From Chloroflexota bacterium (GTDB lineage Bacteria > Chloroflexota > Anaerolineae > Anaerolineales > Villigracilaceae), in the NCBI GenBank assembly GCA_026390035.1, contig JAPLGT010000035.1:3330-67329 (forward strand): 64,000 bases of DNA, in the 5' to 3' direction. Each line of letters begins with the position of its first letter. The stretch's first letter is position 1. The position numbers were made by a program, and so were the translations under genes. Below are positions 53,603 through 63,368 of the stretch, in pieces. The notes under the pieces are model-generated. The model had not been told where the DNA came from. It did no database searches and saw only the letters and a list, made by a program, of their open reading frames with translations.

Positions 53603-54916
53603 TCATCCGTAATATTCTTTTAATAGGTCAAAATAAAGAGATTCAATTTGTTTAATCATTCCCTCGCTTGAAAACTGCTCAGAAATCAACTTTGCGCTAA
53701 CGCCCATCTGGAGGCATAATTCTTCATTATTTAGTAAAGATAGAATTCGATCAGCCATTTCCTGGGGTTGGCGAAGTGTCACCAAATAACCTGTTTTCCC
53801 ATCGGTAATCACATCGCGGGCACCATCAACATTGTTCGCTACGATTGGTTTGCCGGCAGTCATGGACTCTTGAAACACAACAGGCAAACCCTCCCATAAA
53901 GAGCTCAATGCAGTCAGGGCAAGGATTGGATAAATTTTGTTAATATCATTCCGATAACCTAAGAGGAAGAATTTCCCAGAAAGATTAAGTTCTTTTATCA
54001 AACTTTCACATTCTTGGCGCAATGGACCGTCGCCAGCAATTACGAATTGAACTTTGGGATAGTTTGCTGCCACAATTGCCGCTGCCCGAATAAAATCCAA
54101 AGGGTTTTTTTGCTTATCCAGACGCCCAATCATGCCAACCAGCTTGCATTCTGGGTCCAATCCTAATTCCAAACAAACCGCCCGTTTATCAACTTGTTGC
54201 TGAAATTTTTCTAATGGGATCCCGTTATAGATCAACGCAAATTTGTCTTCTCGGCAGATCTTATAAGCCAGGCCCTTTTCTATATTTGGCCTGGATACGG
54301 CAATCAAACGATTCGAAAATGTTGCAAAAAATCGCTCCACACCGACGTATAGCATTTTCATCATTTTTGACATATCATCCTGCAATCCCCATCCATGCAC
54401 ATGGTGGATGATCACCGGCACTCGAGCAAAGATAGCTGCCAATCGTCCAACTGCACCTGCTATCGCGTTGTTCGTATGAACAATATCGTATTTTTCCTGC
54501 CGGATATGGGCATAAAGTTCTGCGCTTGATTGCAAGTTGCGCCACGGACTTATATAGGTCACCATACGCGGAATTTTCACGAAGGGAATACCTCGCTCGT
54601 GTGCCAGATAAGTCAAATCAACTTCCTGAGCTGGAACAGGACCTGCAGCCAAATGCACCTCAAAAAGCGGGTTACTTTTCAAATAGCTGGCAATATCCAG
54701 GATTACATTCGTGTCGCCACCAATTGTCAAACGAGTAGCCACCAATAACACTCGAATTTTTCTGTTTAGTTTTGATAAGCCAGCAAAAGAATCCGATTGC
54801 TGGTTGCGTTCTACAACCGGCATACGGGCAGCAACCGGGCTGGACAGGGTATTGCCTGGCGTATCCCGATCCAGGGCCGGGATTAACTCAATCGAAGGCT
54901 GTTGAAGGGTTGTCAT
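53603..54916 (-). CDS. Glycosyltransferase family 4
   Basis: The ATG at 54916 follows GGAGG. IRVLLVATRLTIGGDTNV... is a GT4 N-terminal domain. The C-terminal motif is WEGLPVVFQESMTAGKPIVANNVDGARDVI (the EX7E region). Confidence 0.85.
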   Translation of the reverse strand: MTTLQQPSIELIPALDRDTPGNTLSSPVAARMPVVERNQQSDSFAGLSKLNRKIRVLLVATRLTIGGDTNVILDIASYLKSNPLFEVHLAAGPVPAQEVDLTYLAHERGIPFVKIPRMVTYISPWRNLQSSAELYAHIRQEKYDIVHTNNAIAGAVGRLAAIFARVPVIIHHVHGWGLQDDMSKMMKMLYVGVERFFATFSNRLIAVSRPNIEKGLAYKICREDKFALIYNGIPLEKFQQQVDKRAVCLELGLDPECKLVGMIGRLDKQKNPLDFIRAAAIVAANYPKVQFVIAGDGPLRQECESLIKELNLSGKFFLLGYRNDINKIYPILALTALSSLWEGLPVVFQESMTAGKPIVANNVDGARDVITDGKTGYLVTLRQPQEMADRILSLLNNEELCLQMGVSAKLISEQFSSEGMIKQIESLYFDLLKEYYG

Positions 54917-54918
54917 GG

Positions 54919-56394
54919 TTATAAATTCCTCCAAATATTTTTTTTAACTTCGAGTACAGTCCTATCAAGAGGTTGATCAGTGTTGATTTTATTGACTGGG
55001 GCATTCCTATATTCCAGATTGGAAGCCAGCGAGTGTCGAAAGCGTACATAATCTTCAGGCTCTTCTTTGCCACGATTCTTATTTCGAAGCAGCGCAACTT
55101 CAACGGGAACATGTAAAGAGATGACCATGTCCGGTGCGGGTATCTCCTGGTATAAACGTTTCTCAGTACGAGCAAGCCAGGCTTGAATTGGATAGCGTTT
55201 TGGGTCGATCACAAATTGTTGCAGTTGCGGCCCATCTGGAGCCCCTTTCGACATGGATGGATACCGATCACACAAGACAATATTTCCATTGGCAGCCCGG
55301 GCAAAAGCCCAACTCAGCAAGACCCGACGGTCGTAGGCCAGAAAAACTGACCGAATCGCAGAAATAAGCGGGTAGACTTGATGAGATTTTTGATTTTTCT
55401 CAGCTGAGGTCTGGATGGTATTGATCTTGCTCGGTCGATAGGTTGGCAGAGTGTTGCGCAATAATGGTAAAAACATATTGGGCAGCATGGTCAACAGAGT
55501 CGATTTAGGCTTGCCTGAATGGATTTGCTCGATAACAAAATGTTCGCCCAGCCAGTGCCTGGTCGCGGTGAGAAGTGTGGATTTCCCGGTTGCCTCTGGG
55601 CCGACAAAGGCGATGACAGCCCCGCCAGACTGAAGAATCATGCCTCTTTTGGAATGCGTGAGCCGGCCATACGCCATCAGAGAGAATTTTTGTATTCCGC
55701 TTATCCAGGCTTGAATCCGGGAATTTCTGGCATAAATACTGAGTTGGGAGCGCAGTTGAAGACCCAGACTGATGCGGCGATGCAGTGGGGATGGTTTCTT
55801 TAGAGCATCAATACATTCAGAAAACAATCTGGTATCGACGCAAGGCAACCAGGTTTCCACCAGCTTAAGCGTTTCGTCCGTTGGGTTAGCTTCCATGAGC
55901 CATTCGATTTCTCGACTGACCGCTTCCCAATCTCTGGAAAGCATGAGCAGTTCGACGACTGAAGTATGTTTCAACATCATCCGAATGGTGAAAACCACTA
56001 ATTCAGCACTTTTGACAGGAACCGGGATCGAAGCTTCCTGACGAAGGTTTTGTAATAACATCTCTTCGATCGGCAAGTGCAGGTTTTTTGACAAACTTTC
56101 ACCGGTGATGACCCGGTAATAAGCGTGCACATGAACAAAAATCCCGGTTCCATCATCCATGGCAAAATAATGCTCGACAGCCGGGAAAGGCGCGTCGCCC
56201 TGAATACCGGCAGGACGAAACTTCAACTCAGCCATTACCAATCTAAATGAATCACAATCCATTCGATGAATGAGCAAATCGACATCCGTATCACCGGTCA
56301 GAACCTGGGAAAGCGCTGAATTGCTCTTCCAGTGACAGTAACTGATTTCATTTGCGCTGAGTTTTTCAATGAGTTGTTGAAGTTTTGTTAACAT
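54919..56394 (-). CDS. Fusion of a pol-beta-type nucleotidyltransferase-like domain with a P-loop (dNK/TMPK-fold) kinase-like domain; unknown function
   Basis: N-terminus: CHWKSNSALSQVLTGDTDVDLLI, a GDxDxD-like NTase signature. C-terminus: VIAFVGPEATGKSTL (Walker A), LCDRYP, and a LID-like RNKNRGKEEPED. Confidence 0.5.
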   Translation of the reverse strand: MLTKLQQLIEKLSANEISYCHWKSNSALSQVLTGDTDVDLLIHRMDCDSFRLVMAELKFRPAGIQGDAPFPAVEHYFAMDDGTGIFVHVHAYYRVITGESLSKNLHLPIEEMLLQNLRQEASIPVPVKSAELVVFTIRMMLKHTSVVELLMLSRDWEAVSREIEWLMEANPTDETLKLVETWLPCVDTRLFSECIDALKKPSPLHRRISLGLQLRSQLSIYARNSRIQAWISGIQKFSLMAYGRLTHSKRGMILQSGGAVIAFVGPEATGKSTLLTATRHWLGEHFVIEQIHSGKPKSTLLTMLPNMFLPLLRNTLPTYRPSKINTIQTSAEKNQKSHQVYPLISAIRSVFLAYDRRVLLSWAFARAANGNIVLCDRYPSMSKGAPDGPQLQQFVIDPKRYPIQAWLARTEKRLYQEIPAPDMVISLHVPVEVALLRNKNRGKEEPEDYVRFRHSLASNLEYRNAPVNKINTDQPLDRTVLEVKKNIWRNL

Positions 56395-56423
56395 TTTGGT
56401 TCCAAGGGTCTTTCCACTTTGAG

Positions 56424-57170
56424 TTATAGGGGCTTATTCGGTAAAAACGTTGCCCTGGATAGGATGGCTTGCTGGACATGATCTCCAACCTGATCAAATC
56501 CCGGCCCAGCAATATCGTGGCTTTCCACAACCAGAATCCGGTCACGAATATTTCTTGCCTGCGAGAGTTGATCAAACATGGAAACCGCATTTTTAAAATA
56601 TGCATCCATTTGAGCCGGATTTTTTAAATCAACCTCGCGCGGCGGATCTGCGCGTCGAACAGTACGTTCAATGAGGGTCTCAACCGAGGCCCGGATATAA
56701 ATGACGAGGTCGGGCAGCGGGAGCAAATCGGTGAACCGGGCAATCTCTTCAAGAGTACAGGTGTTTTTAGCCGAGACAAACATGTGCAAAGCCAAAATCG
56801 GGCCTTCGTCGACGAGCATGATCTGGTCGCACCCATAATATTTTGTAATTTCGTACATACCGATCTTGCGTTCGAGACTCCGCAGGTTATGGATCGTTTG
56901 CATCGAAACCCCGGAATTGCGCCAATATAGCTTAATGGTGTGGCGCAGGTACTCATGATATTTGGACAGTGTGCCAATAAAAATTGGGAGACTGATCAAC
57001 TCCTGCTCGAGGTTTTGTAAAGTAAGGTTTGTTACATTTTTGAAGCCAAGCAGGCTGGTCGCCAGGTCGACGGATGTCGTAACTCGACTTGTCTTCTCCA
57101 GCCGAGACCGCAGAGCGTTGATTAACGTTGTTTTCCCGGCGCCGGTAACACCAATGAATTCCACAATCAT
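56424..57170 (-). CDS. P-loop kinase-fold protein, unknown function
   Basis: MIVEFIGVTGAGKTTL (Walker A), MLVDEGP (Walker B-like) and ERTVRRADPPRE (LID-like). ATGA overlap with the upstream Wzy-like gene. Confidence 0.5.
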   Translation of the reverse strand: MIVEFIGVTGAGKTTLINALRSRLEKTSRVTTSVDLATSLLGFKNVTNLTLQNLEQELISLPIFIGTLSKYHEYLRHTIKLYWRNSGVSMQTIHNLRSLERKIGMYEITKYYGCDQIMLVDEGPILALHMFVSAKNTCTLEEIARFTDLLPLPDLVIYIRASVETLIERTVRRADPPREVDLKNPAQMDAYFKNAVSMFDQLSQARNIRDRILVVESHDIAGPGFDQVGDHVQQAILSRATFLPNKPL

Positions 57171-58573
57171 TCTGCCTCCACGCTTGGAAGATCGCGGCGA
57201 TCCGATAATGGCGCTGATATTTTTGGCAACTGGAGCTTTTCACCCCAACGCGTTACCCGGCTGGATGCCACCTCGATTGTTGGGGATATCATTCCAAAGT
57301 AAGTGGCTTCTAGCAGCGCCATCCCTAACCATACAGTACGAAAATGAAAAATTTGATGGGCGTTTGATTCGAGCATAATTCCGAAAAGCATAGCCAGGAA
57401 AATGACACCACTTAGCTGGACTCTATTTCCAGATTTAATTTGGTTCAACAATATTTTGACTGCACTGTTCAACGCTTCACCAGCCAGTAGCAGCAGGCCT
57501 AACAACCCGATCACGCCGCGCTCCACGCCAAATTCGAGAATGTCATTGTGCAGTGTTTTATTTTCCAGGAAATCCCGGTAGTTATTTGGGCCGACTCCCA
57601 AAATGGATTGCGGGGAAAACAGGACCTGGGTGCCGCCGCCCCACAGAAAAAGCCGCTCACCCACTGTGTGCGCGGCCCGCTCAGTAGTAAGATTCTGAAG
57701 GCTGGACAGAACAACAGGAAATTGATTGATGGTGAATAAGAACAACCCGGCCGCGAGCGACAAGACGACAGCCAACCAGACAAAGAATTTCAGATGACCA
57801 CCCATCAATAGAAGCAGAAGCACTCCAACAATTGAGGCACCCAGCAGCGCGGTAAGCGAGCCGAGCGATGCGGTCGCAAGAATGCTTAACAACAGTACCA
57901 TTCCAAGCAGCAAAGACAATTCACGCCGCAGTCCCAACAACAGCAGGGGCACAAATCCCATCAGCTCAAATAGGGCAGCCCAAACCGGATTCTGGAACAA
58001 TCCTGATGACCGGGGTAAGTACCGTGTATCTATCGTTCCAAAACGCCCTAAAAAGGAGCTCACGAACACATAAAAGTTAGGTGAGACGAACTCAGCTACC
58101 AGCAGGATTCCATGGAGCACAGCAACCACAGTCCAGACGAACAAAATACGGCGCATGAGGCCAGGTTCCAGGCTGGTAAAAACCGCAGTTACGGTAACGA
58201 ACCAAACATAGAGATAGACCTCTTTGGTGATAAAGATAATGCTGACCAGCGGGTTAGTGGAGATGAATGTGCCGAGAAAACTCCCCAGCAAGATAAGCCA
58301 CATGCCCAGAGCTAAGGGAAAGCGTATGGCCTGCCGGATACGGATAAGATACAACCAGCAGACCGGGATAAAGAGCATATTCCAAAAGTCAACCAGACCC
58401 AAATTCTGGGGTAGTGTAAGAAACTGTTCCACAGAAAAAATTACCATACCCAATAAATATGTAACCACGATGAATTTCAGCACCGAAGATAGGCGGCTGG
58501 GTGGCTGCGGCTGCGCAGCGGTGCTGGCAGCAGTCGGAAGATGAACATTTGAGAGGTATTGTGGCTTATTCAT
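57167..58573 (-). CDS. O-antigen ligase/polymerase-like (Wzy_C) membrane protein
   Basis: About 11 TM helices, and the large-loop motif TLHNDILEFGVERGVIGLLGLLLL typical of the Wzy_C/O-antigen ligase family. Confidence 0.75.
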   Translation of the reverse strand: MNKPQYLSNVHLPTAASTAAQPQPPSRLSSVLKFIVVTYLLGMVIFSVEQFLTLPQNLGLVDFWNMLFIPVCWLYLIRIRQAIRFPLALGMWLILLGSFLGTFISTNPLVSIIFITKEVYLYVWFVTVTAVFTSLEPGLMRRILFVWTVVAVLHGILLVAEFVSPNFYVFVSSFLGRFGTIDTRYLPRSSGLFQNPVWAALFELMGFVPLLLLGLRRELSLLLGMVLLLSILATASLGSLTALLGASIVGVLLLLLMGGHLKFFVWLAVVLSLAAGLFLFTINQFPVVLSSLQNLTTERAAHTVGERLFLWGGGTQVLFSPQSILGVGPNNYRDFLENKTLHNDILEFGVERGVIGLLGLLLLAGEALNSAVKILLNQIKSGNRVQLSGVIFLAMLFGIMLESNAHQIFHFRTVWLGMALLEATYFGMISPTIEVASSRVTRWGEKLQLPKISAPLSDRRDLPSVEAE

Positions 58574-58575
58574 AG

Positions 58576-60012
58576 TTACCTATTTATGGCGATCTGACGA
58601 AAGATCTCAATACTGGAACGATCCATCCAAACAACGATCAAACAGTAAAGCAGCACTGACATTCCGCCCAACAGCCAGATATTGACGGTATTAACCAGCA
58701 GCGAGGCGATCAATATTGTTGCCGCACCCAAGCCAGGGCCAATAAAACCCTGCCACGCTAACATTTCGTGTGCTTCCGTGCGCAATATCCAGACATACAT
58801 GGCGCACATCACGACCTCTGTGAGCACTGTGGCATACACTGCACCCATCATCCGATAAGGTGGGATTAGAATGAAATTGAGCAGCAAATTTGTCAGAGCT
58901 GCGACGAGAACCGCCTTCGCCCGCTTGGCTTCTCGGTTACTGGCGCTCAAGGCTACCTCCAGCGATGTATCGATGAACCGCAGGGGAATAATCAGCGCCA
59001 TCCATTTCACAGCCTGAATGGCGTCAACAAACTTACTGCCATACACAAATACAACGATTTGTTCACTGAACGCCCACAGTACAACGGCTATCAAGGTACC
59101 CAATATGACAAGCAAACGAATCGTTTTGCCGGTGTAGCGTTGAAGCGATTTTTCATCTTTTGCAAACTCGGAAGCTAAAAATGGATAAAGGGCGATATTC
59201 ACCGTTCTCGCCACAATATTGAGCCGCATGGTCAGGTTATTCGCAGCCTCATATAGCCCAACGATCGAACTGGAAGCCAAATAGGATAAAAACACAACGT
59301 CAATCCGCACATACACAGTCGACAAACCATTCGTGATCGCAAAAGGAAGGCTCGTCTTGAATAAAGCTGACCACAGCTTCTTATCTAATGTCGGTCGCAA
59401 CTTGCCAAATCGTGCCTGATAAATCCAGATGCCGGCTACCAGTGCGATAATCCGGGAGGCCAGATAAGCGACCATGAGCCAGTCAATGGCGGCCTGGAAC
59501 GGAACTGTCACGAGAGCCAACAGCAAGAACGCGCCCTCCATAACGGCGATCACTACCGCACTCCATTCCATCATTTCTCGGCCGCGAAACGAGGCCTCTA
59601 ACATATAGGTGATGGCTTCGACTCCTAAGGCTAACCCAGCCAACATGCAAGCCCGAAACAAAACCTCTGGATAGTTCAGTAAGACACTCGTGATTAGCAT
59701 CAAAACGATGGCAATAGTTGAAAGAACTGTGGTCAAGCCTATAGCGGCATTCACCAGACTGTCCACTTTCTCTGGATCCTCCCGGCTTCGGGCAATCTCG
59801 CGGATCAGTAACGACGGCAGGCCGAATTTCGCAATTGCCGCAAATAACCCGGTCAGGGCGATCGTCGTGGCATACTGGCCAAGCAACTCAGCGTTGGCCA
59901 GGCGAGCCAGATAGACAGGGATAAAGAACGCTGTCAAGCTTTGGATCCCATAAGCCACAGTCTGAAAAACCGAGTTTTTCGCAATCCGCTTAATATGATT
60001 CATAACAGGCAT
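58576..60012 (-). CDS. Wzx-type flippase (MOP superfamily polysaccharide biosynthesis protein)
   Basis: 478 aa with about 12-14 TM helices. The N-terminus KRIAKNSVFQTVAYGIQSLTAFFIPVYLARL is typical of Wzx. An alternative ATG lies at 60003. Confidence 0.85.
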   Translation of the reverse strand: MPVMNHIKRIAKNSVFQTVAYGIQSLTAFFIPVYLARLANAELLGQYATTIALTGLFAAIAKFGLPSLLIREIARSREDPEKVDSLVNAAIGLTTVLSTIAIVLMLITSVLLNYPEVLFRACMLAGLALGVEAITYMLEASFRGREMMEWSAVVIAVMEGAFLLLALVTVPFQAAIDWLMVAYLASRIIALVAGIWIYQARFGKLRPTLDKKLWSALFKTSLPFAITNGLSTVYVRIDVVFLSYLASSSIVGLYEAANNLTMRLNIVARTVNIALYPFLASEFAKDEKSLQRYTGKTIRLLVILGTLIAVVLWAFSEQIVVFVYGSKFVDAIQAVKWMALIIPLRFIDTSLEVALSASNREAKRAKAVLVAALTNLLLNFILIPPYRMMGAVYATVLTEVVMCAMYVWILRTEAHEMLAWQGFIGPGLGAATILIASLLVNTVNIWLLGGMSVLLYCLIVVWMDRSSIEIFRQIAINR

Positions 60013-60158
60013 TTTCTAGTCTTGTCCCATCCGTCGATTGGCGAAACTTTGTACCAGGATTACCTCATGACCAGACCCAGCCTCTTTTTTGGCCAGGGTG
60101 GCCGAAATCATCTTATAGAGGCGGCTGGTTATCTCCGCCAGGATCATCGCTGATGTAA

Positions 60159-61313
60159 TCAATTTGACTTATTAGGCACAGGAGCGGATATGGCTTCTCG
60201 AATAGCTTTCGCGACAAAAATAACGTCTTCATCACGCATTGCAGGAAATAGAGGCAGAGTAACTTCACGCTCTGCCACATCTTCTGTAACAGGCAGCTTT
60301 GAAGTTTCAAAATCCTTGAATGCAGTAAAGTGATGAATAGGTGGATAGTGAATACTGGTCTGGATCCCTTGCGCTTTCATATTTTCCATAAAACTGGTAC
60401 GATCTGTGCCAGCTGGAAGCAGGATCGGCATGATGTGCGCGGCACTCAGCCCAGGGTGGTTTTCAAAGGGGATGGTGATTTCAGGCACCAGGTCGTGGAT
60501 GACCTGGCAATAATTTTGAGTCAACAACCGGCGTCTGGCGTTGTTGGCTTCCAATTTACCCAGTTGCACCCGTCCAAGAGCGGCGCGAATCTCATCAATG
60601 CGATAATTAAAGCCCAATTCGACGACATCGTAGCTCCAGGCATGACCCTTGTGGCGATCCCAGGTCATGCTGGTCATGCCGTGTGAGCGCAGCAGACGCA
60701 GCTTTTCAGCCAGAGCGGGGTCGTTAGTGGTCAGCATTCCGCCTTCACCGGTGGTCATATTTTTGTTGGAGAAAAAGCTAAAACAACCAATATCACCCCA
60801 ACTGCCAAGCGACAGACCGTGCAGTTCTCCACCTACGGCGTGCGCATCGTCTTCAATGACGCGCAGGTTATATTTTTTGGCGATCAAAAGGATGGCCGGC
60901 ATATCGCAGGCATACCCGGCGTAATGGACCGGAATGATGGCACGAGTACGGGGGGTGATATTTCGTTCAATACTTTCTGGCGAGATATTAAGGTTCTGTT
61001 CACTGATCAGGTCGGCAAAGACGGGGGTGGCGCCGGTGTAGCGCACAGCGTTGGCGGTGGCCACAAAGGTCAGGGAAGGCAGAATAACCTCATCCCCGGG
61101 ACCAAGTCCGATGGCCAGGCAAGCCATGTGGAGTGCAGCGGTACAATTGGTGACTGCCAGGGCATATTTGGTGTTGACAAAAGCCGCAAACTCGTTTTCA
61201 AAAGCCTGGGTGACACCGCCCATGGTCAACCAGCGGCTCTCGAGGACTTCCTGTACAGCCAGGGTCTCTTCATACCCAAAATCGATATCAGATAAAGGAA
61301 TTGTCCAGCTCAT
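60159..61313 (-). CDS. DegT/DnrJ/EryC1/StrS-family PLP-dependent sugar aminotransferase
   Basis: AAGGAG serves as RBS. The PLP lysine context is CFSFFSNKNMTTGEGGML. The N-terminus has EETLAVQEVLESRWLTMG. Confidence 0.9.
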   Translation of the reverse strand: MSWTIPLSDIDFGYEETLAVQEVLESRWLTMGGVTQAFENEFAAFVNTKYALAVTNCTAALHMACLAIGLGPGDEVILPSLTFVATANAVRYTGATPVFADLISEQNLNISPESIERNITPRTRAIIPVHYAGYACDMPAILLIAKKYNLRVIEDDAHAVGGELHGLSLGSWGDIGCFSFFSNKNMTTGEGGMLTTNDPALAEKLRLLRSHGMTSMTWDRHKGHAWSYDVVELGFNYRIDEIRAALGRVQLGKLEANNARRRLLTQNYCQVIHDLVPEITIPFENHPGLSAAHIMPILLPAGTDRTSFMENMKAQGIQTSIHYPPIHHFTAFKDFETSKLPVTEDVAEREVTLPLFPAMRDEDVIFVAKAIREAISAPVPNKSN

Positions 61314-61427
61314 AGCTTATCTCCTTGTCGCTTCATTTAAAAACCGTTCTAAAAATATGTTTGAATGCATGGCTCCGACTGGAACCAGCCCAAGGCTGGG
61401 GTGAAGGAGCCCGAGATGTGGCATGGT

Positions 61428-62231
61428 TCAGTGACGCACCTGTACACCCAACAACGCATCAAGCGAGGTTGATGGCTCTGACACTTGCATGCGCAAACCC
61501 GACAAACCTGTGGAGCCGATAGGGACGGTGGGCAGGAATTGGTCGCGCATGGATTCGAAATCATGCATGGCGTTTTCGTAATCATCAGGACGTCCCAGGT
61601 CTTGCCAGTACCCCTCAAACGGATACCCGACCACTTTCTCGCCGGCATTGATCAGGATCCGAACCAGATCCGGGAAATCAAGGTATTCATGTTTTGGTAT
61701 ATATTCGATCACCCGCGGGTCAAAGACATAAATGCCCATGCTGACGCAGTACTCATAACTTGGTTTCTCGATGTATCCGTTTATGACAGGTTTGGTATCC
61801 CACTGGATGACGCCCAGGTCAATTTTTACCTGGCGATGATGGGCTGCAATGGTGGCGATAGCCTGCTGCTCCTTGTGAAAGCGCAACAGGTCTCCGAAAG
61901 GCAGGGTGGTGAGCACGTCGCCGTTGGTTACCATAAAAGTGTCTTCAAGGCCATCCACGAGCGCAATTGGGCCGGCAGTGCCGAGCGGCTTGTCCTCGTA
62001 GCTATAGGAGATATTCATACCGAGCTGATGACCGTCCTGGAAAAAGGCGCGCATCAATTCGGATAGATGACCGACGGTCAGAACAACATCATCGATGCCC
62101 GCCAACTTCATCTGACGCAAGATCAATTCCAAAATGGGCATGTCACCAATTGGCATCAATGGTTTGGGAAGGATTTTGGTATAAGGGGCGAGGCGTGTGC
62201 CTTTTCCGCCCGCCAGAACAACTGCTTTCAT
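61428..62231 (-). CDS. Sugar-1-phosphate nucleotidylyltransferase
   Basis: MKAVVLAGGKGTRLAPYTKILPKPLMPI is the canonical GxGTRL motif. GGAGG serves as RBS. The nucleotide and sugar specificities cannot be read from the sequence. Confidence 0.85.
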   Translation of the reverse strand: MKAVVLAGGKGTRLAPYTKILPKPLMPIGDMPILELILRQMKLAGIDDVVLTVGHLSELMRAFFQDGHQLGMNISYSYEDKPLGTAGPIALVDGLEDTFMVTNGDVLTTLPFGDLLRFHKEQQAIATIAAHHRQVKIDLGVIQWDTKPVINGYIEKPSYEYCVSMGIYVFDPRVIEYIPKHEYLDFPDLVRILINAGEKVVGYPFEGYWQDLGRPDDYENAMHDFESMRDQFLPTVPIGSTGLSGLRMQVSEPSTSLDALLGVQVRH

Positions 62232-62300
62232 ATTGCCTCCTGGGGTTGAGAAGGAAAGGGTATTGAATTTGAGGGCAGGTCGTAGATCCGCAGGAAAGGG

Positions 62301-63353
62301 TTAAAACTCATAAGAGCCAACTCGATAAAGGGATAGATTTTCTTTGATCCAGTCTACGGTTTGTTTCAAGCCATCATCCAGACTGGTGCGAGGTTCCCAG
62401 CCGAGGATGCTGCGCGCCAGCGTATTATTGGAGAGCAGGCGTTGAACTTCTGAATCGGTCGGTCTCAAGCGGGCGGGTTCGACCTCGATGCGGGCTGAAC
62501 TACCGGTGATTTGAATAATTTTTTCGACCAGGGCACCAATCTTGATCTCCGAGCCTGTGCCCAGGTTGATGGTCTGACCTTCCACGCCTGGTACTTCAGC
62601 CGCCTTGATGAAGCCATCGACTGTATCTTCGACGTAGGTAAAATCACGGGTGGTTTCAAGGTTGCCGAGGCGGATGACGGGTTGGGCCAGGGCCTGGGTG
62701 ATGGTGGCGGGAATGACTGCACGGGCCGATTGTCGCGGGCCGAAGGTGTTAAAAGGACGCACCGTCACAACTGGCAGGTTGTAGGCGCAGTGGAAACTTT
62801 CGGCCAGCTTATCGGCGCCAATTTTGCTGGCAGAGTAAGGCGACTGTCCCTGAAGTGGGTGGGTTTCATCGATCGGGACGCGCAGGGCGGTGCCATAAAC
62901 TTCACTTGTAGATGTATGGATCACGCGAGTCACTTTATGCTGCCGGCAGGCGTTGAAGACGTTCAGGCTGCCCATCAAATTGACCTCGGCCACTTCGTGT
63001 GGGTGCAGGTAGGAATACGGAATGGAAATGAGAGCGCCAAGGTGGAAAACGATCTGCTGTCCTTCGACAGCCTCGCGAATGGCCTCTGGGTCGCGGATGT
63101 CGCCGGCAACAATCTGGATTTTTTGCAAGGTCTCCTTTGGAACCAGGCGCAACAAGCCGGCCTCACCGCGTGAGTTGTAGCGCACAAAGGCGCGCACTTT
63201 GGCACCCTCAGCCACCAGTCGCTCGACAAGACAGCTTCCAATAAAACCACCGGCGCCAGTCACCAATACCGATTTCCCCGGCCAGTACCCTGAGCGCAGA
63301 TGGTTGGCGGTTGGAAGTTGGGAAGAAGGAATATGCCATTCTGATTTGTTCAT
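62301..63353 (-). CDS. Extended SDR, NDP-sugar 4,6-dehydratase/epimerase-like
   Basis: VLVTGAGGFIGS (Rossmann fold), STSEVYG and the SPYSASK (YxxxK) catalytic triad region. Confidence 0.85.
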   Translation of the reverse strand: MNKSEWHIPSSQLPTANHLRSGYWPGKSVLVTGAGGFIGSCLVERLVAEGAKVRAFVRYNSRGEAGLLRLVPKETLQKIQIVAGDIRDPEAIREAVEGQQIVFHLGALISIPYSYLHPHEVAEVNLMGSLNVFNACRQHKVTRVIHTSTSEVYGTALRVPIDETHPLQGQSPYSASKIGADKLAESFHCAYNLPVVTVRPFNTFGPRQSARAVIPATITQALAQPVIRLGNLETTRDFTYVEDTVDGFIKAAEVPGVEGQTINLGTGSEIKIGALVEKIIQITGSSARIEVEPARLRPTDSEVQRLLSNNTLARSILGWEPRTSLDDGLKQTVDWIKENLSLYRVGSYEF

Positions 63354-63368
63354 TGATAGTCTCTTGAT

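Noticed and set aside
61485-63173. Long plus-strand ORFs (193 aa and 220 aa) antisense to the nucleotidyltransferase and SDR genes.
   Set aside because: The sense-strand products have canonical motifs (GxGTRL; GxxGxxG/YxxxK). The antisense translations are featureless.
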